DNA from: Promethearchaeota archaeon
Lineage (GTDB): Archaea; Asgardarchaeota; Lokiarchaeia; Sigyniarchaeales; SOKP01
NCBI GenBank assembly: GCA_018238625.1
Contig: JABCSY010000025.1
Span: 1-43,558, forward strand
DNA length: 43,558 bases
Direction of reading: 5' to 3'
Shown here: one piece after another, positions 28,658 through 38,840 of the stretch
Layout of the letters: every line of letters begins with the position of its first letter
Numbering within the stretch: position 1 is the stretch's first letter
Notes under the pieces: generated by a model
Database searches by the model: none
Seen by the model: only the letters and a program-made list of their open reading frames with translations
Told to the model about the DNA's origin: nothing
Program-made: the position numbers and the translations under genes

Positions 28658-28924
28658 ATTCCAAAGCGAGAACTCTTCATTAAACGAGTTTATGAAATTG
28701 TAAATGAGTTAAAAATCCCATTGATCGATGAGCGTGTATACGATAAAGTCACTTTTAGTGGTAGCGCCGCCATAGCGAAAGTTGTGTTTAAATTTGAGGA
28801 AGACGAATCTGTAATTCGTGGATTCTTAGGTTTGGCTGAATACTTTCATACTGTGGTAATAAAATCTAAAGACCAATTCTATATACCACACGCAAATATT
28901 CTCTTTCAATTGATCAGCTCATAA
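28658..28924 (+). CDS. Small hypothetical protein, probably 88 aa from an ATT start
   Basis: Frame is open back to the TAA at 28652. AGGTG SD (28646-28650) precedes ATT at 28658, giving (M)PKRELFIKRVYEIVNELKIPLIDERVYDK... Confidence 0.65.
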   Translation: MPKRELFIKRVYEIVNELKIPLIDERVYDKVTFSGSAAIAKVVFKFEEDESVIRGFLGLAEYFHTVVIKSKDQFYIPHANILFQLISS

Positions 28925-29079
28925 ATCTTTATTTTTTTTACTTTTCTTTTATAGTTTTTAAAGTGCCTAGAAGCTAACTAATTAGCTTTTTTATTGTCAA
29001 TCAAGAAGTTTATATAGCTCTGTTGTTACATGATTTATAACACTTTTTTTACATTTATAATAAAGATTTAATTATTTAT

Positions 29080-29955
29080 GTGGTAAAAATGAAAAGAAAA
29101 GAAAAATTAGCTATCGCGCTATTTAGCACATTACTCCTTTTATCGTTCGCAAATTCTTCCACGGCTGCTCCTCCTAGTTATGTAGGAGTAGCAATAGGAG
29201 ACGAATTTGTATGGAGACCTTCACTTAATATGGCAAATGTTAATACAACGATGATTGGATTAATTGGTGAAGAAAATTGGACAATTGCATATGACATGAT
29301 TTTGGAACAGTATGAAAATAACACAGGGATGGATTTCGGTTCTTTTTCGGGAGCTGGCATAAAAGTTATCGTCAAAAATGTTTCTGATGAGATAACAGTC
29401 GCACCCGGAATATTTGGATCAAATTTAACTATGGACATTTATACATCCGCAGGACTGAACAATTGGACATCGGCTGCGAATAATACAGCAGCAATGATAT
29501 ACGATCCTAATTGCTTAAATGAAACTACCATATTGGACGGTTTTGGTGGAATGCCTTTAATAATGGCCAAAGGATTTAATTATACCATGTTTGTCAATTA
29601 CATGAGTACAATGATTGCAGATGATCCGTATATGAATGGGAACATAACCATTCAAACTCAAGGGCGTGGTTTCAAGTTTACGCTTAAATCAGATTACTTA
29701 GAATCCTCGATAAATATGAGCGAAGTACCTTTTAATTTTACATTGGGTGATGTAGACTTCATTGTTAGGTGGAATGTTAATGGTGTTTTTGAATATGGTT
29801 CAATAGATTATGGCGGCCTAACAATTGTGTCCATCAAATTAATCACAGTTGATGATATGATACCCGGATTTGAAATCGTCACTATTATAGGCGTCTCGAT
29901 TACAACTATTGTCGCGATAGTTTACATAAAACGCAAGAAGAATATTCAAAATTGA
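29080..29955 (+). CDS. Cell-surface glycoprotein with IPGF (Loki-CTERM/PGF-CTERM-like) sorting signal
   Basis: Signal peptide, YVGVAIGDEFVW domain start, many NxS/T sequons, IPGFE-TM-KRKK. ATG at 29089 is the likely start. Confidence 0.85.
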   Translation: MVKMKRKEKLAIALFSTLLLLSFANSSTAAPPSYVGVAIGDEFVWRPSLNMANVNTTMIGLIGEENWTIAYDMILEQYENNTGMDFGSFSGAGIKVIVKNVSDEITVAPGIFGSNLTMDIYTSAGLNNWTSAANNTAAMIYDPNCLNETTILDGFGGMPLIMAKGFNYTMFVNYMSTMIADDPYMNGNITIQTQGRGFKFTLKSDYLESSINMSEVPFNFTLGDVDFIVRWNVNGVFEYGSIDYGGLTIVSIKLITVDDMIPGFEIVTIIGVSITTIVAIVYIKRKKNIQN

Positions 29956-29997
29956 AAACTTTAACTTTTTTTTATTTTTTATTATCAAATATCAAAG

Positions 29998-30288
29998 TTG
30001 AGTAATATGGATTTTTTTAATTCCTTGATTTTTTTACTTATTCTTTTAATGCTTCTAGTCTCTATTAAAGCAGATTTCTTTTTCATAATATTTGGTTTAG
30101 TTATTTTATTCTACGTCGTTATTTCACTGTTTTTGAAGGGCCCCTATGAAATCCTTTTTTCGGTCGTGTCTTTTGTTTTTTTAAATCCTATTGGTTTTAC
30201 GATAATATTTATACCTTTAATAATAAATTACGTCCATAGATTCTTAAGTAAGTACTTTAAGGCTATAAGGGATTTAGAAAGGAATTAG
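29998..30288 (+). CDS. Possible small hydrophobic membrane protein
   Basis: 96-aa F/I/L-rich ORF filling the gap. Could be a chance ORF in T-rich DNA. Confidence 0.4.
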   Translation: MSNMDFFNSLIFLLILLMLLVSIKADFFFIIFGLVILFYVVISLFLKGPYEILFSVVSFVFLNPIGFTIIFIPLIINYVHRFLSKYFKAIRDLERN

Positions 30289-31937
30289 TCGGTTCTATTT
30301 AATTTAAAGATTCCTATAGAAAGCATGAGAAATGCAATTATCGATGATATTCCGATATTGGTTAGGAGTATATACAGAAATCCTAGAGAATAATCAACAA
30401 CAATAGGCAATAAAGGAATGTTAATAAATAGCGAAATAAGTAATGAAATAAATTGTAAGACAAAAATAAAATAGATTTTAAAGTATATTTGTTTCCCACG
30501 TTCGTCAAAAAAAGGTCTAATACACTGTAATCCAACTACCTGGAAAAGAACTATGGAACAATAAATAAAATATATACAGAAAAAAAACCCGACACTGTAA
30601 ATAGTTAAATTAAATAATAAAGTGAAAAAAATCGTTAAAATAATATCGTAAAATAATATTAAAAACGCCATTTGGTATAAAAAGGCAAATATTGAAGCAT
30701 GGACGCCTCTTATTGACTTTTTATAGAGATAAAGAATGTTTTTAGAATCAAATATGACACTAATTCCCATCATCATACCAAAAATTAAACCACCCATCCA
30801 TGCGATAATAAAAATTACTAAAACGCTAAAATATTCGACCGGTATTGAAACAATTCCAAGTAATGAAAACTCACTTATTTCTGTAATTGGGCTATCTAAA
30901 GATAGAAAAATAAAAAGCCCCAATACACCCGTAAATGCAATTGAATAGATTAGTTTTGTAATATTTTCTTTTTTTCTTAAGAAATTTTTAAATTGAACCA
31001 TTACCAATACTTTGTATTTTTTTAAGGTCATCTTCTTTATAATTTTTAAAATAACTCCTTCTGTTTTAACAATCAATAGTTTCTTTTCAGATCGAAGATC
31101 AATGCTATAAAATTTTTCAGCTTTTTTGTATGAGAAATAAAGTAGGACCATAGGAATTCCGATTGCTAATCCCACGCTTAACCAAATATTGATTACGTAA
31201 GATTCAATAAGTAATGGATTAACAAGATATAAAATTATATTTGAATACCAAAAAGAGGGGAAAATTGACATCCAATTTTTAAAAATGGGATTGTTATAAG
31301 CAATATTAAAAGTATAATGAAATAGATAAAACGAGATTATTACAATAAACGAAAGCAATAGAAGAGCAGAATTACTTGAATCTTTAATTTTTTTGTTTGA
31401 TGATAATTTTAATTCAATGAAGTTAGCCAAAATTGTTCCAATTATTAAACTAAAGTTCATCATTAAAAAGATTACTAAATATATAAGAAAATAATGCAAA
31501 ATTGTCAATTGGGAGTTAACCTGCCCTAACAAACTTATTAGCGCAGGTCCAATTGCTAAAACAATTAGAAAATGAAAGGGCAACTGCCCAACAAATTCAC
31601 CAAGGAAGATATCACCCGATTTTACGGGTGAAGATAATATCACATCTTTAACTCCAATTTCCGATTTTCTAAAAAGTAAAAAAATGGGATATAGTATCAT
31701 CATTATAAACATAGTCGTTAAAGAAACTTCAATTACAAATTGAAGAACAAATTCAAGAACACCTGAAAGTGTTAGTAAAATGTCTGGTAATATAGCATCA
31801 AAAATCACAGGTCCCAAATAGGTTGCCCAAAAAAGGAAGATTGCATAAATTACGACGAAAAAAGAATTTCTATGAGCTCTAAATTTAGCAGTTTTTATTC
31901 TAATCTCATTTTTTGCTATTAATATCCAAAGACTCAT
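30285..31937 (-). CDS. ABC transporter permease (ABC-2-like, duplicated membrane domains)
   Basis: IAKNEIR N-terminus, ILSSPVKSGDIFLG, about 12-14 TM helices. Directly downstream of the ABC ATPase. Confidence 0.8.
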   Translation of the reverse strand: MSLWILIAKNEIRIKTAKFRAHRNSFFVVIYAIFLFWATYLGPVIFDAILPDILLTLSGVLEFVLQFVIEVSLTTMFIMMILYPIFLLFRKSEIGVKDVILSSPVKSGDIFLGEFVGQLPFHFLIVLAIGPALISLLGQVNSQLTILHYFLIYLVIFLMMNFSLIIGTILANFIELKLSSNKKIKDSSNSALLLLSFIVIISFYLFHYTFNIAYNNPIFKNWMSIFPSFWYSNIILYLVNPLLIESYVINIWLSVGLAIGIPMVLLYFSYKKAEKFYSIDLRSEKKLLIVKTEGVILKIIKKMTLKKYKVLVMVQFKNFLRKKENITKLIYSIAFTGVLGLFIFLSLDSPITEISEFSLLGIVSIPVEYFSVLVIFIIAWMGGLIFGMMMGISVIFDSKNILYLYKKSIRGVHASIFAFLYQMAFLILFYDIILTIFFTLLFNLTIYSVGFFFCIYFIYCSIVLFQVVGLQCIRPFFDERGKQIYFKIYFIFVLQFISLLISLFINIPLLPIVVDYSLGFLYILLTNIGISSIIAFLMLSIGIFKLNRTD

Positions 31938-31987
31938 TGTTTTTCTTCTTAACTTTTAATATAATTTATTTTCGGTGTCAAGAGTTT

Positions 31988-32752
31988 TCATCTCCATGCC
32001 AAGTAATCTTTATTATCGACGGGTTTCATTATTTTTATATAAGCTTCTTCCAAATTACTAGCATTTACCGAATCTATCACTTCTTTTGGACTTCCTTCAA
32101 TTATTAAAACCCCTTTATCGATAATTCCTATAACGTCACATAGTTCTTTAGCAATATCGAGTAAGTGAGTACAAATAAAGAGGGTTTTATTTGCTTTTTT
32201 TACTAAATCTAAAATAATATTTTTAACAATTCTAGCTGCAATTGGATCTAAATTTGCTGTAGGCTCATCAAGGAATAGAACTTTGGGATCGTGTATCAAT
32301 GTAGCACATAAACAGACTTTCTGCTTCATTCCTCTAGAAAATCCTTCTAAAAGATGGTTTTCTCTTTTTTTTAAATCAAAGATTTTTAAGAATTCATCAA
32401 TTCGCGAGTTGATTAATTTTTTAGGTAAGTTATATAGTTCACCTACAAACTCTAAAAATTCTCTTGCGGTTAATTTCTCATATATACTTAGCGATTCTGA
32501 TAAAAAACCACAGTTTAATTTTACTTTCTGTTTTTGTGATACGATATTATATCCCATAACTTCAGCATCTCCAGATGAAGGTTTTATTATTGAATTTAAC
32601 ATCTTAACAGTTGTAGTTTTGCCTGCTCCATTTGGACCTAGTAATCCATAAGTTGTTCCATAAGGAATTTTTAAGTTTAAATTATTTAAAGCGCGTAATT
32701 TCCCATAATACTTCGTAAGATTTTTAGTATATATTGCTAGATTATTCGACAT
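31988..32752 (-). CDS. ABC transporter ATP-binding protein (multidrug/CcmA-like)
   Basis: Walker A GPNGAGKTT, signature FSRGMKQK, Walker B LFLDEP, CTH switch. Confidence 0.95.
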   Translation of the reverse strand: MSNNLAIYTKNLTKYYGKLRALNNLNLKIPYGTTYGLLGPNGAGKTTTVKMLNSIIKPSSGDAEVMGYNIVSQKQKVKLNCGFLSESLSIYEKLTAREFLEFVGELYNLPKKLINSRIDEFLKIFDLKKRENHLLEGFSRGMKQKVCLCATLIHDPKVLFLDEPTANLDPIAARIVKNIILDLVKKANKTLFICTHLLDIAKELCDVIGIIDKGVLIIEGSPKEVIDSVNASNLEEAYIKIMKPVDNKDYLAWR

Positions 32753-32951
32753 AACTAAATCTAATCACTAATTTGATTGTTTTATCATAATCTTTCATAT
32801 CTAATTTTAGTTTACTAAAATTAATTTTAAGTTGATGAATTTCAACAAGCTTATCTATTTCATTAATATTAAAAAGCAATAACCTATAATCTATTTAGAC
32901 TTTTTTATCTAAATCGTTAAACTTAAGTTATACTTATTAGGTGTTGTATTT

Positions 32952-34469
32952 ATGGGTTTTCAAGAGCTTAAAAGTTCATACCTAAAAGAGACAGTTCCTC
33001 TGAAAAAAATACAAATAATCGAATCAGTGGCTCTACATTTTGAAAATGGTGGGCTAGAATTTCTAATGTCCCAGTATAAAAGCGAAAGCGATGGTAAAGT
33101 AAGAAAGAAAATAATTGATCTTGCTGGGAAAAATATAAACGACATCTCCATCCAATTACTAATCAAGGCTCTTACAGACAATAACATTGAGTCAAGAAAG
33201 GCAGCTGTGATAGCTTTAGGAAAAGCAAAAGCATCCATAGCCTTAATTCCTTTAATAAGCATGCTCCAAAATCCCTCTTTAGAGATTAAAGACGCCGTAC
33301 TTGCTTCTATTATAAGGGTTGGGAAAGTAGGATCCTCAGACATAATATTCGATTACATAAACAAAGGAAATATTCACGTTAAAAGATTAATCCCATACAT
33401 ATTAGGAAAGATTGGTAGTGAAGAGTGCATTGAGAGACTAAAAGAATTATTAGCACACGAAGACCCGCTAATTCGTAAGAATTCAGTCAAAGGATTAGAA
33501 AGATTAATTCAATTAAAAGACGCAAAGTTTATTCTGAACGCTTTAAACGACGAAGATTTACGCGTAAAAAAAGCTGCAATCAAAGCATTAAGCACGATAA
33601 AAAGTAAAAGGGCTATTCCTCATTTAATTAAATTTTTAAAAGAAAAAAATCCTGAGATTCGAAAGTTATCTGTTCGAACTTTATTCTCAATTTTATCAAA
33701 TCAACCTCCTCCATACGATAAAATCTACGAAATTTTGAACGGACTGAATATTATATCTAGAAGAGAAGCGATAAAAATTTTGAGCTTATTAGAGGATAAA
33801 AACTCTGTCGATTACCTTGTAAGAACATTTAATAGTAAAGATGCAAAATTGAGAAGGTTAGCACATAAGGCAATCTTAAATATATCTAAAGATACGGTTC
33901 CAACTCAAATAGTTGATGGTTTGAACGCAAAAGAATGGAAAATTAGGAGTTTATGCGCAAGAGTTATCGGAGAAATTGGTGATGAAAAACTAATCAAAGC
34001 ACTTTTTGCTTTATTAAGTGATAATGATAGTAAGGTAAGGGACGCAGCAATAGAAGCGCTATCAAGCTTTGAGAGCGAAAATGTAATTGAAAGCGCAAAA
34101 AATTTAACAACCAATTTAAATTGGAAAACAAGAAGAGCAGCAGTTAAACTTTTAATAAAAATTGGTAATGATAAGTCTACCGAATCTTTAATTGGATTAA
34201 TGAGCGATAAAGATGTATTTATTCGAAGTTGGGTAGCAATGTCGTTAGGAAAACTAGAAAATATTAACGATATAACTCCCTTTACATCATTGCTAAAAGA
34301 TAGAGATCCTAAATTGCGGATTGCTGCGGCAAAAGCATTGGGTCAAATTGGAGATAAAGAAGCGTTAGAATATTTGGCTAAATCACTTTGGGACGACAAT
34401 TGGAAAGTAAGAAAAGAAATTGAAGGAGCTCTTAATAAAATCGACCCTAATTGGTTAGGATTAATTTAG
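32952..34469 (+). CDS. Long HEAT-repeat protein
   Basis: More than a dozen ~31-aa L.D.D..VR.AA..ALG.IG repeats. Confidence 0.92.
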   Translation: MGFQELKSSYLKETVPLKKIQIIESVALHFENGGLEFLMSQYKSESDGKVRKKIIDLAGKNINDISIQLLIKALTDNNIESRKAAVIALGKAKASIALIPLISMLQNPSLEIKDAVLASIIRVGKVGSSDIIFDYINKGNIHVKRLIPYILGKIGSEECIERLKELLAHEDPLIRKNSVKGLERLIQLKDAKFILNALNDEDLRVKKAAIKALSTIKSKRAIPHLIKFLKEKNPEIRKLSVRTLFSILSNQPPPYDKIYEILNGLNIISRREAIKILSLLEDKNSVDYLVRTFNSKDAKLRRLAHKAILNISKDTVPTQIVDGLNAKEWKIRSLCARVIGEIGDEKLIKALFALLSDNDSKVRDAAIEALSSFESENVIESAKNLTTNLNWKTRRAAVKLLIKIGNDKSTESLIGLMSDKDVFIRSWVAMSLGKLENINDITPFTSLLKDRDPKLRIAAAKALGQIGDKEALEYLAKSLWDDNWKVRKEIEGALNKIDPNWLGLI

Positions 34470-34629
34470 TATAAATCTTTAGGATTTATTATCAATAAAT
34501 TTCATATTCACCCTACAATATTGTCTAATTCTTAACTTAGCACCTTTATGCAATTATTTATAACACAATAACTTTATATAAAAAATATCAAAAATTTAAA
34601 AAAAAACAATTTTAATTAGGGTTGAATAA

Positions 34630-37053
34630 ATGAAAAAAGTAAGAACAAAAAAGCAATCAATTGTAGTTCTGTTAATCATTCTATTTTCAGCAATAAATTT
34701 GAGCTTTCTGGCTACTATGATTAAAGCTGGACCGAATGTCCCCGAAGAACACGCAAATAACAGTTGGCATTGGGGCGTTGATGTTGGAGACGAACTTTAT
34801 TGGGAAGTTGAGATTATAACGACAAACGCATCAAGCGGAGAAGTTACCATGATGTTTAAAGATGTCTGGATTTATAATATAACCTCTATTGAAAATGTTA
34901 CTATAGATTATTTAGGAGTAAACGATTTTTCGCAAGTAAACGCTACTCAATGCTATTATAACCTTACAACTGACGAAATAGATCCGTATGATGATCCCTC
35001 AGAATTCGCTCTTTTTGGATATAATAATTCAGATTCCATTCAGCATAAATATCGAGCAGGGATGGGTGCAGCTCCATACATACTTCCCTTAAATGGATCA
35101 AACAATATAGAAGTTGAGATTCTAGCTGGTATCCTTAATGATTCATTATATAACCCTCTTTCTAATCAACCAGTCAATCAATTCGACGCTTATTCATTCA
35201 ACACGGGGGATAATAGTATTACTTTTACAAATTCGACCGATAATTATTACCTTTACATGGAGTACGATTCAACAAGTGGGATTATGCTATATGCCGAAGG
35301 GTATTTATTAATCGACATGGAAGATCCGATGTTATTAAATTTCACAACGCAAAGAGTTTATGATTATGATATAACTGACGAAGTTGAATGGGGTGTTGAT
35401 GTTGGAGATACTATATATTACGATTGGACAGAATATGGTGAATATTACGATGTCGAATTTTATATTACTAATATTTCTGAGGTGATGCTCCCGAAATCAT
35501 ATAATTGTTTCTTTGAAGAGGATATTCCAATGATGTTCGAAGTTGTTTATGCAAATATATCATTATGGAATGGAACACATTACTCTTTAAAAGACCCTTT
35601 ATATGATATTCCAATTGGGACTGCAAATAATTTCTATATCCAATATTTTGAATCTGAACCAAGAGAGTTCATCATACTCATTCCCAATAATACGCTTAGA
35701 GAAGATATTGAATATATGTGGAATCTTGACACCATACGTATTATGGAAATGCCATTTACTGAAGTTATTTTAACCGAGAATGGTAATTTTGAATTTACAC
35801 TGCAAAATTCTTCGAGTAATTTTATAGTGAAAACTATAATGGAAAAATCAACTGGAATAACTCAATCGTTTTTAATGCAAGATGGTTCAGACTTAGTATA
35901 CTACGAAATAAAAAATATGACGCTAGTCGAATGGGATGTTGAAATAGGCGATGTTGTTTACTATAAGCTAAATTCTCGAGATGGAGAGATATATATGAGA
36001 GCAACAATTGTCGAAACTGACGGTGAGTTCTATAATTTGACAGAATGGGAGCTGGAGAGCGACGGACTTTTCACGAAAATACCTGGACAACCTGAAATGC
36101 AATTCTTTGTGAGTGTCTTTGCTGATTTTGAAGCGTTTGACAAAGAAACAGGAACTTGGGAAAGTGAAGAAGGTGGCTTGTTCCTTGAAGCCAATACATA
36201 TTGGCCAATCTCACTTACCGCTATGTTTGGAGCTACAGCACCACCATTATTTATACCTCTAGGTTTTACAGGAGAGGATTTTGAGGGTCTCTTTGGAATA
36301 TTAAGCAGCGTGTTTGATGAGATGACCTTCACTGAAGGTCGCGCTAATCTTAGAAATTCAACGCTCGGCAAAGAATATGATACGTATATCGACATATCTA
36401 CAGGTCAAATAACATTTATGGGAGGTTGGTTGAATATGCCTTGGGGAGATGACACTGATTGGATGTATATGACATTATATCCAATGCACAACGAAACGCT
36501 TCATTCTGGAACAAATAGCATTTCCGTCTCTAGTGATGCGGTAAGTGAATTAGCAGTATCTAATATTGAAATTATTACTAACAATACAGGTATAGAAGCA
36601 GTAAATGCTCTTTTAGCTTATAATCCTACAAATACCTCGATCACCAATGGAACTGTCCTTTATTATAACGATCTTTTAATAAGCAACAGTACGGGATTAG
36701 AGAACTTAACATTCTACATAAAATTCGATGATACCTTTGACCTAAATAACTATAACCTTACATTTTGGGCGTGGAACATGAGTGGTAACAACGAATGGGA
36801 AGCAGCACCTCCAGAGGAGATAGCAGATATAATCGTTTATGATTACGACGATAATTCTTTGACAATTTACTTTCCAGTAGAAGGTAGCTCAGGGGCGATT
36901 TCAATTATTATGGCGCTCTCATATGTATATATAGGCAGTGATCCAACTCCTGGAGGTATCCCGGGATACCCCCTATTACTAACTCTTGGAATGCTATCAA
37001 TAGGTTTGATTGCTTTAATAGTGATACACTTAAAAAAAGTTAAGAAATTTTAA
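34630..37053 (+). CDS. Large acidic cell-surface glycoprotein with three repeated domains and IPGY sorting signal
   Basis: Signal peptide, WGVDVGDELYW / WGVDVGDTIYY / WDVEIGDVVYY domain starts, many sequons, GIPGYP-TM-KKVKK. Confidence 0.88.
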   Translation: MKKVRTKKQSIVVLLIILFSAINLSFLATMIKAGPNVPEEHANNSWHWGVDVGDELYWEVEIITTNASSGEVTMMFKDVWIYNITSIENVTIDYLGVNDFSQVNATQCYYNLTTDEIDPYDDPSEFALFGYNNSDSIQHKYRAGMGAAPYILPLNGSNNIEVEILAGILNDSLYNPLSNQPVNQFDAYSFNTGDNSITFTNSTDNYYLYMEYDSTSGIMLYAEGYLLIDMEDPMLLNFTTQRVYDYDITDEVEWGVDVGDTIYYDWTEYGEYYDVEFYITNISEVMLPKSYNCFFEEDIPMMFEVVYANISLWNGTHYSLKDPLYDIPIGTANNFYIQYFESEPREFIILIPNNTLREDIEYMWNLDTIRIMEMPFTEVILTENGNFEFTLQNSSSNFIVKTIMEKSTGITQSFLMQDGSDLVYYEIKNMTLVEWDVEIGDVVYYKLNSRDGEIYMRATIVETDGEFYNLTEWELESDGLFTKIPGQPEMQFFVSVFADFEAFDKETGTWESEEGGLFLEANTYWPISLTAMFGATAPPLFIPLGFTGEDFEGLFGILSSVFDEMTFTEGRANLRNSTLGKEYDTYIDISTGQITFMGGWLNMPWGDDTDWMYMTLYPMHNETLHSGTNSISVSSDAVSELAVSNIEIITNNTGIEAVNALLAYNPTNTSITNGTVLYYNDLLISNSTGLENLTFYIKFDDTFDLNNYNLTFWAWNMSGNNEWEAAPPEEIADIIVYDYDDNSLTIYFPVEGSSGAISIIMALSYVYIGSDPTPGGIPGYPLLLTLGMLSIGLIALIVIHLKKVKKF

Positions 37054-37059
37054 AAATAA

Positions 37060-37080
37060 TTTTTTTTTTTTTAATTTTTA
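37060..37080 (+). terminator. Oligo-T archaeal-type terminator candidate
   Basis: T13 run starting just after the stop at 37053. Similar T-tracts follow stops at 5820, 10740, 28924 and 29955. Confidence 0.5.
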
Positions 37081-37288
37081 ATAATTTAGTTGCAACTAAT
37101 TTTCTATTTAAAAAAGTTAGAATTCTATATTTCTTTACTGAATCGATTAAATTCTTTATTTAGATTTATATATGCAAACAAATTTCTAAGAATAATTAAA
37201 AAATTTTAAATATATTCGAATCTTAATTAATTATTAAGAATATGAACGAAAGTTTATCCTTAAATTCATCTGACGACGATGATGACAT

Positions 37289-37843
37289 ATGGAAGCTCGA
37301 GATACAAAAGGCAAAATTGTTAAAGAGACTTTTCCATCTGAAATGGTTTCAATTGTGGGAGATATTTTCGCGGGAATCGTTCTTTCTATTTTTATAGCCT
37401 CTTTTGAGAGCTTTATAATACTTATTCTAATTATACCCGCTTTGCTTTCTCTAAGGGGAAATTTAAGCGGTCCTTTTATAGCAAGGACATCAAGAGATTT
37501 AATTATCGGAGAGTTCAATTTAAAATCATGGTTAGAGAATATACTAGCAACCTATGCGCTAGCTTTAATAACTGCGATAGTAATTGGAATTCTGAGTATT
37601 TTTTTAAATCTGTTATTAGTTAGACTCTTTATTTTTCCTATTGGTTTGTTAATTGTTATACCGATAATTTCGATTCTATTGACATTAACGGTTTCAATTC
37701 CTTGTTCGACTGCCTTAAATTATCTCGCGTTTAAGCGCGGTTTAGATCCAAATAACATTGTTAATCCTATAATGACAGCCATAGATGATTTTATTACGGT
37801 TATTAGCTTCTCTTTAACAATTATTTTGCTGGGGGTGCCGTAA
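37289..37843 (+). CDS. mgtE: MgtE/SLC41-type divalent-cation transporter membrane half 1
   Basis: IPALLSLRGNLSG, GLDPNNIVNPIMTAIDD. True start may be 37242 with a frameshift (see findings). Confidence 0.85.
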   Translation: MEARDTKGKIVKETFPSEMVSIVGDIFAGIVLSIFIASFESFIILILIIPALLSLRGNLSGPFIARTSRDLIIGEFNLKSWLENILATYALALITAIVIGILSIFLNLLLVRLFIFPIGLLIVIPIISILLTLTVSIPCSTALNYLAFKRGLDPNNIVNPIMTAIDDFITVISFSLTIILLGVP

Positions 37844-37846
37844 ATT

Positions 37847-38398
37847 TTGAATTACTTTAAAAAGATATTTAAGGAGTCTATAATAGTCGTTATTATTAGT
37901 TCCATTATGGGTCTCTTCTCAGGAACGCTTTTATCCAACAATAAAGAGATTTTATATGCCTTTCCAATTATTTTATTAGTTTTACCTTCTCTAAATTCTT
38001 TAATTGGTGATATTTCTACGGTTTTAATTTCGCGTCTTACTTCACACCTATATTTAGGTACCCTTTCTCCAAAAATACAAGTTTCTGATAGATTAAAGCA
38101 AGATTTTTATGGGTTACTTATAACAATTTTATTAAGCCTAGTTGCATTAATAAGCTTAGGATACATATTTGGAAGTGCAACTGGAATAGAAATCGTTAAT
38201 CCGTTGTTGATAATATCTATTATAATTATTACTATTTTGATTCTTTTTGGCTTGATGTTTGTGTTATTATTTATTAGTTCTATTTTAATATTTAAGAAAG
38301 GTAAAGATCCCAATAATTTTTTAATTCCCATGGTAACATCTTTAGCAGATTTTCTAACGCCAATGTTTATTATAATTTTTATACAATTATTTATTTAA
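37847..38398 (+). CDS. mgtE: MgtE/SLC41-type divalent-cation transporter membrane half 2
   Basis: LPSLNSLIGDI...SRLTSHLYLG, GKDPNNFLIPMVTSLADF. Confidence 0.85.
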   Translation: MNYFKKIFKESIIVVIISSIMGLFSGTLLSNNKEILYAFPIILLVLPSLNSLIGDISTVLISRLTSHLYLGTLSPKIQVSDRLKQDFYGLLITILLSLVALISLGYIFGSATGIEIVNPLLIISIIIITILILFGLMFVLLFISSILIFKKGKDPNNFLIPMVTSLADFLTPMFIIIFIQLFI

Positions 38399-38414
38399 AT
38401 ACATAAAAACGAGA

Positions 38415-38840
38415 GTGAGAAATTCAATTAAGCCACTTGAAAAAAAAAGAAAGAAGAAAGAATTTCAATACCAACCTATATCTCTAAAAGATATTTTGAG
38501 AGAGATGAAACAAAAAATTGATCTAATGATCGACCTCGCCTATAGCGCGATTAAATTTAGTAGTAAAGAGATAGCAGACGAAGCTACTAAAATCGAAAAG
38601 CGCATCCACGAGTTAACTTTTCTGTTGAATTTACAAATTACTCAAACACAGATAGGGGGTTTTAAAGAAGCCAAGAGATTAGAACCAATTGTAGTAATGG
38701 GTTATTCAATTGATAAAATGTCGGACGCCCTTGCGGATATTGCTCGCGTTGTTTATATAAATAGCGACATATCTGAATTTACACAACTCTTTTGGGACGA
38801 AGTTCCTGAACCAATAGTAAAAATAAACATTAAAGAGAAT
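38415..38840 (+). CDS. N-terminal fragment of archaeal PhoU + TrkA-C regulatory protein, truncated at an in-frame junction
   Basis: LREMK...DLMIDLAYSA...IADE...IE and IDKMSDALADIA, the usual partner of archaeal MgtE genes. Breaks at the start of TrkA-C (EPIVKINIKEN). Confidence 0.75.
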
